From IMG/VR virus record IMGVR_UViG_3300045988_085437, positions 1 to 42,148 of that record: 42,148 bases of DNA; one strand, given 5' to 3'. This DNA is from a virus. A program made the translations under genes and the position numbers. The notes under the pieces were generated by a model that made no database searches, was not told the DNA's origin, and saw only the letters and a list, made by a program, of their open reading frames with translations. Of the stretch, positions 39,911 through 42,148 are shown in pieces (position 1 is the first letter of the stretch; each line of letters opens with the position of its first letter).

Positions 39911-40346
39911 GGGCGGCCTCCTCAAAATGGATTCTCCCGCAGTTGTCATACCGCATCTGCTTGTCCTGTACGCCTCTCAGAATGATGTACGCCCGCCGGA
40001 GTTGGTCAATGTCGAAGTACCCGAAATGGCAATCCTCGATGGGTATTTCCATCTCATGGGCCAGCCAGCGGTAAAGGTCGTTGCGCTTCTTGTGGGCTTT
40101 TGGCTTGCCCTGCCAGAGCGGGTCAAAAATAGCATGGCACATCTTTTTCCCTGTCCGCATCGGTTCATCAGCCAGCAGCCCCAGAGCTTCCCGTGGGCGG
40201 GGCTTATGCGTTCCCACATAGGCCCCGCACGTTTCGCAGAGGTAACAGTAGCCGCTCCCATACTCCCGGCCATACACCCGGGCATTTGAGCCGTAGGTCA
40301 CACGCCCGCCGCAGATATTACAGCGGGTCGGATGGGTGTTTATCAT
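39894..40346 (-). CDS. DUF3268-like zinc-finger protein
   Basis: CNICGGRVTYGSN...CYLCETCGAYVGTHKPRPREALGLLADEPMRTGKKMCHAIFDPLW...LYRWLAHEM..EDCHFGYF. ATG at 40346 follows AAAGGAGG. Confidence 0.6.
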   Translation of the reverse strand: MINTHPTRCNICGGRVTYGSNARVYGREYGSGYCYLCETCGAYVGTHKPRPREALGLLADEPMRTGKKMCHAIFDPLWQGKPKAHKKRNDLYRWLAHEMEIPIEDCHFGYFDIDQLRRAYIILRGVQDKQMRYDNCGRIHFEEAAHEVSE

Positions 40347-40629
40347 GCTCGTCCTCCTTTCGCTGGCCGTAGGAGCAGAAATCATTTTCGTAAGTTCCGC
40401 CTTCCATTCTGTGTCGCTCACATTCACCAGCACAGTGATTTTCCCACTGCCTAGTGTATCTTCTCCAATATTTACACTCCCGGCACCTGACCACAGGCAC
40501 GGCGTCGATGGTGGGGGCATGACAAATCAAATTCAGAAAATTACGGTTACAGTTACGTTCAATGCCAGTTTCCCCTTTATATTGTTTCTCAACTTCGTCA
40601 TAAATCGTGTCAACATCAGCTAACCTCAT
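40318..40629 (-). CDS. Hypothetical Cys-rich phage protein (VVRCRECKYW...FCSYGQRKE type)
   Basis: ATG at 40629 follows AAGGAGG. Confidence 0.6.
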   Translation of the reverse strand: MRLADVDTIYDEVEKQYKGETGIERNCNRNFLNLICHAPTIDAVPVVRCRECKYWRRYTRQWENHCAGECERHRMEGGTYENDFCSYGQRKEDEHDKHPSDPL

Positions 40630-40912
40630 GCTCGTCCTCCTTGTCCATGCGAGCGCCGCACGAAGGGCAGTATCTTGACTTTTTACCGCTCCATTCTCCG
40701 CATTCACTACAGATCAATTTGTGTGTTCCGCTCGGCCATTTGTCTCTAACCCATCTCCCGTGCCGCACCTCCGCAACGTCGGCGGCGGGCATATAGTGGA
40801 CTTCCGCCATGATTTCAATGGCGTCGTGGCCGAAGGCTTTATTTTTATCTGGATTGTTTAGACCATCCTCGATAAATTTCTCAACAGCCGTCCTCTCGAT
40901 GTACTCCTTCAT
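40616..40912 (-). CDS. Hypothetical protein with a C-terminal zinc ribbon (same architecture as 196..558)
   Basis: ...VRHGRWV...CSECG...YCPSCGARMDKED. Confidence 0.6.
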   Translation of the reverse strand: MKEYIERTAVEKFIEDGLNNPDKNKAFGHDAIEIMAEVHYMPAADVAEVRHGRWVRDKWPSGTHKLICSECGEWSGKKSRYCPSCGARMDKEDEHEVS

Positions 40913-41292
40913 TCCTTGCCCTCCAATACGGTCATATCATAGCCGCTCTCTATAAATCGGATCGTTTTTTGATGGTTGCAAGCGTTCCCGAGATAAGTGT
41001 AAATCTCTCGCATATCCTCCACGCTGAACGCAGTGTCAAGGTATTGATTTATACCATTCAGGAAGAAAATATGAAGGGCTGTATTATCTACTGCACGGCG
41101 GAACGGCGTGGACTTACAAGCCGCGCGGGAAAACCACTCCAACACCTTGCACTTTACATCCAGTTCGCTCTCGCAAGTGCTGATATTGAAATACACATTT
41201 GCCTTTTGGTGGGCGATAAACTCCCCCTGGGCGTTGATGAACCATCCGGGGAAGGAAAGCCCAAGTCTCCTAATGACTGCCCAATCAACCAT
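40909..41292 (-). CDS. Hypothetical early protein (127 aa)
   Basis: ATG at 41292 follows GGAGGGAG. Confidence 0.55.
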   Translation of the reverse strand: MVDWAVIRRLGLSFPGWFINAQGEFIAHQKANVYFNISTCESELDVKCKVLEWFSRAACKSTPFRRAVDNTALHIFFLNGINQYLDTAFSVEDMREIYTYLGNACNHQKTIRFIESGYDMTVLEGKE

Positions 41293-41764
41293 CCTGCTCC
41301 CTCCGTAGTGCGGCTTCCTCGCGGGTGAGGAACACGGTTTTGCCAATTTCATTCAATGGGAAAGCACAGGTTTGAGTATGGCACAGGATGTCTCCACCTT
41401 TTAACAGAGAAACATACTGAATTGTCGTTCTTTGAATGAGGCTTGGCTTTGTCTGGAAAATGTTTAAGTATTTTGCTTGCGCCCAAACTTCTTTCCCGAT
41501 CATCCTGTCCGCCTGGGCCAGTTCGCGGAGGCGGTCAATGGGGATGCCCTCAAACTCTATAACCTCTGCTATGGCTTCCCCCATGCTTGCCAGTTTCAAA
41601 TGTTCGACGGCCTCCGGCTCCAGCCCCGTGTCCTCGTAGGCTGCGAGGCGGTCAACGATTTTGTCTAAGATGCCGCAGTCTCCACAATTAAGCGTTTCGC
41701 AATTCCCACTACAGATGAGATAATAGCCGTTCCCATCGTAGTGCTTTTCCGTGTATCGTTCCAT
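41285..41764 (-). CDS. Hypothetical early protein (159 aa)
   Basis: Clean ORF in the coupled operon. Confidence 0.6.
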   Translation of the reverse strand: MERYTEKHYDGNGYYLICSGNCETLNCGDCGILDKIVDRLAAYEDTGLEPEAVEHLKLASMGEAIAEVIEFEGIPIDRLRELAQADRMIGKEVWAQAKYLNIFQTKPSLIQRTTIQYVSLLKGGDILCHTQTCAFPLNEIGKTVFLTREEAALRREQDG

Positions 41765-41765
41765 G

Positions 41766-42062
41766 TCAGTCCTCCTCCACTGGTTGCTTCATCCACTTCA
41801 ATGCAGCTTGCCTGCACCCTTCATAAATCGGAATGTTTGGATAAGCACAGATGAAATTGCATACTCCGCCTTTTTCATGCTCACAACACTTACAAAAGTC
41901 GGCTCTGAGGAAAATGCCCGCCAACTCCTCGTCGGTCATGGCCCTAATCCGGTCTGCGTTGGTCAAAACTCGCCCCGGTTTGTACTGTGAGCAATCCACA
42001 ATTTTGGAGGTTGTCCCGGCGTTATGGCAATCAGCTTTGCAAGTAATACAAGTCGGTTTCAT
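41766..42062 (-). CDS. Hypothetical Cys-rich early protein (98 aa)
   Basis: The TNADRIRAMTDEELAGIF motif is common in Clostridia phage early genes. Confidence 0.6.
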   Translation of the reverse strand: MKPTCITCKADCHNAGTTSKIVDCSQYKPGRVLTNADRIRAMTDEELAGIFLRADFCKCCEHEKGGVCNFICAYPNIPIYEGCRQAALKWMKQPVEED

Positions 42063-42148
42063 GCGTCCTCCTCTCCCTCCGGCGGGCGGCGGTAGTAATT
42101 ATCTTTTTTGTCTCTCATACAAGACGAGCATTTCTCAAGTGCCCCCAT
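42059..42148 (-). CDS. 3' part of the junction-spanning zinc-ribbon ORF (see 1..95)
   Basis: Stop TGA at 42061-42059 overlaps the next ATG. Positions 42126-42148 duplicate 1-23. Confidence 0.45.
   Translation of the reverse strand: MGALEKCSSCMRDKKDNYYRRPPEGEEDA

Larger units (their letters stand above)
1..42148. mobile_element. Complete circular temperate phage / excised prophage genome (about 42.1 kb unique)
   Basis: Carries integrase, a CI/Cro-type switch, Erf+SSB, terS/terL/portal/capsid/tail fibre and holin+endolysin. Positions 1-23 are identical to 42126-42148, and one small ORF reads across the junction. Confidence 0.9.

Overview
The window is a complete, circularly closed genome of a temperate tailed phage or excised prophage. 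The first 23 nt are identical to the last 23 nt, so the unique length is about 42,125 bp. The host looks like a GC-rich Firmicute: GGAGG-type Shine-Dalgarno sites are everywhere and many genes are coupled by ATGA overlaps.

Layout:
- (i) A long leftward early operon starts at a promoter near 6229-6257, runs down to position 1, wraps to 42148 and ends at 37699. It encodes an Erf annealase, SSB, a replisome-organizer-like protein, a PD-(D/E)xK resolvase-like nuclease, a Lar-like protein, YopX, a DUF3268-like protein, a Bro-N antirepressor, a pentapeptide-repeat protein, a 3D-domain protein and many small zinc-ribbon proteins.
- (ii) An AT-richer immunity/moron patch (6.2-9.9 kb) holds two separate divergent-promoter switches, an XRE repressor, an S24-peptidase CI-like repressor, a Cro-like protein and small membrane or Cys-rich genes.
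- (iii) A tyrosine integrase (9965-11053) is followed by a repeat-rich putative attP.
- (iv) A leftward accessory cassette (11382-12988) includes a J-domain protein.
- (v) The rightward late region (13227-37667) contains an RHH protein, a roughly 0.95-kb ORF-free stretch, terS, scaffold, capsid, terL, a 612-aa structural protein, portal, tail fibre and a holin/CHAP endolysin. After the lysis genes come a cluster of low-complexity proteins and then 422-aa and 1649-aa proteins of the polyvalent/ejection type.

No tRNA, rRNA, CRISPR array or reverse transcriptase was seen.

Most worth a second look:
- the ORF-free structured-looking region upstream of terS, with its C-tract array;
- a duplicated roughly 65-nt element with a covarying 16-bp hairpin;
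- the second genetic switch;
- the pentapeptide-repeat protein built from near-perfect 15-nt DNA repeats;
- the membrane/Zn-domain gene between repressor and integrase;
- the post-lysis gene cluster;
- the giant polyvalent-like protein.

All family names come from motif recognition by eye and need HMM or structure confirmation.
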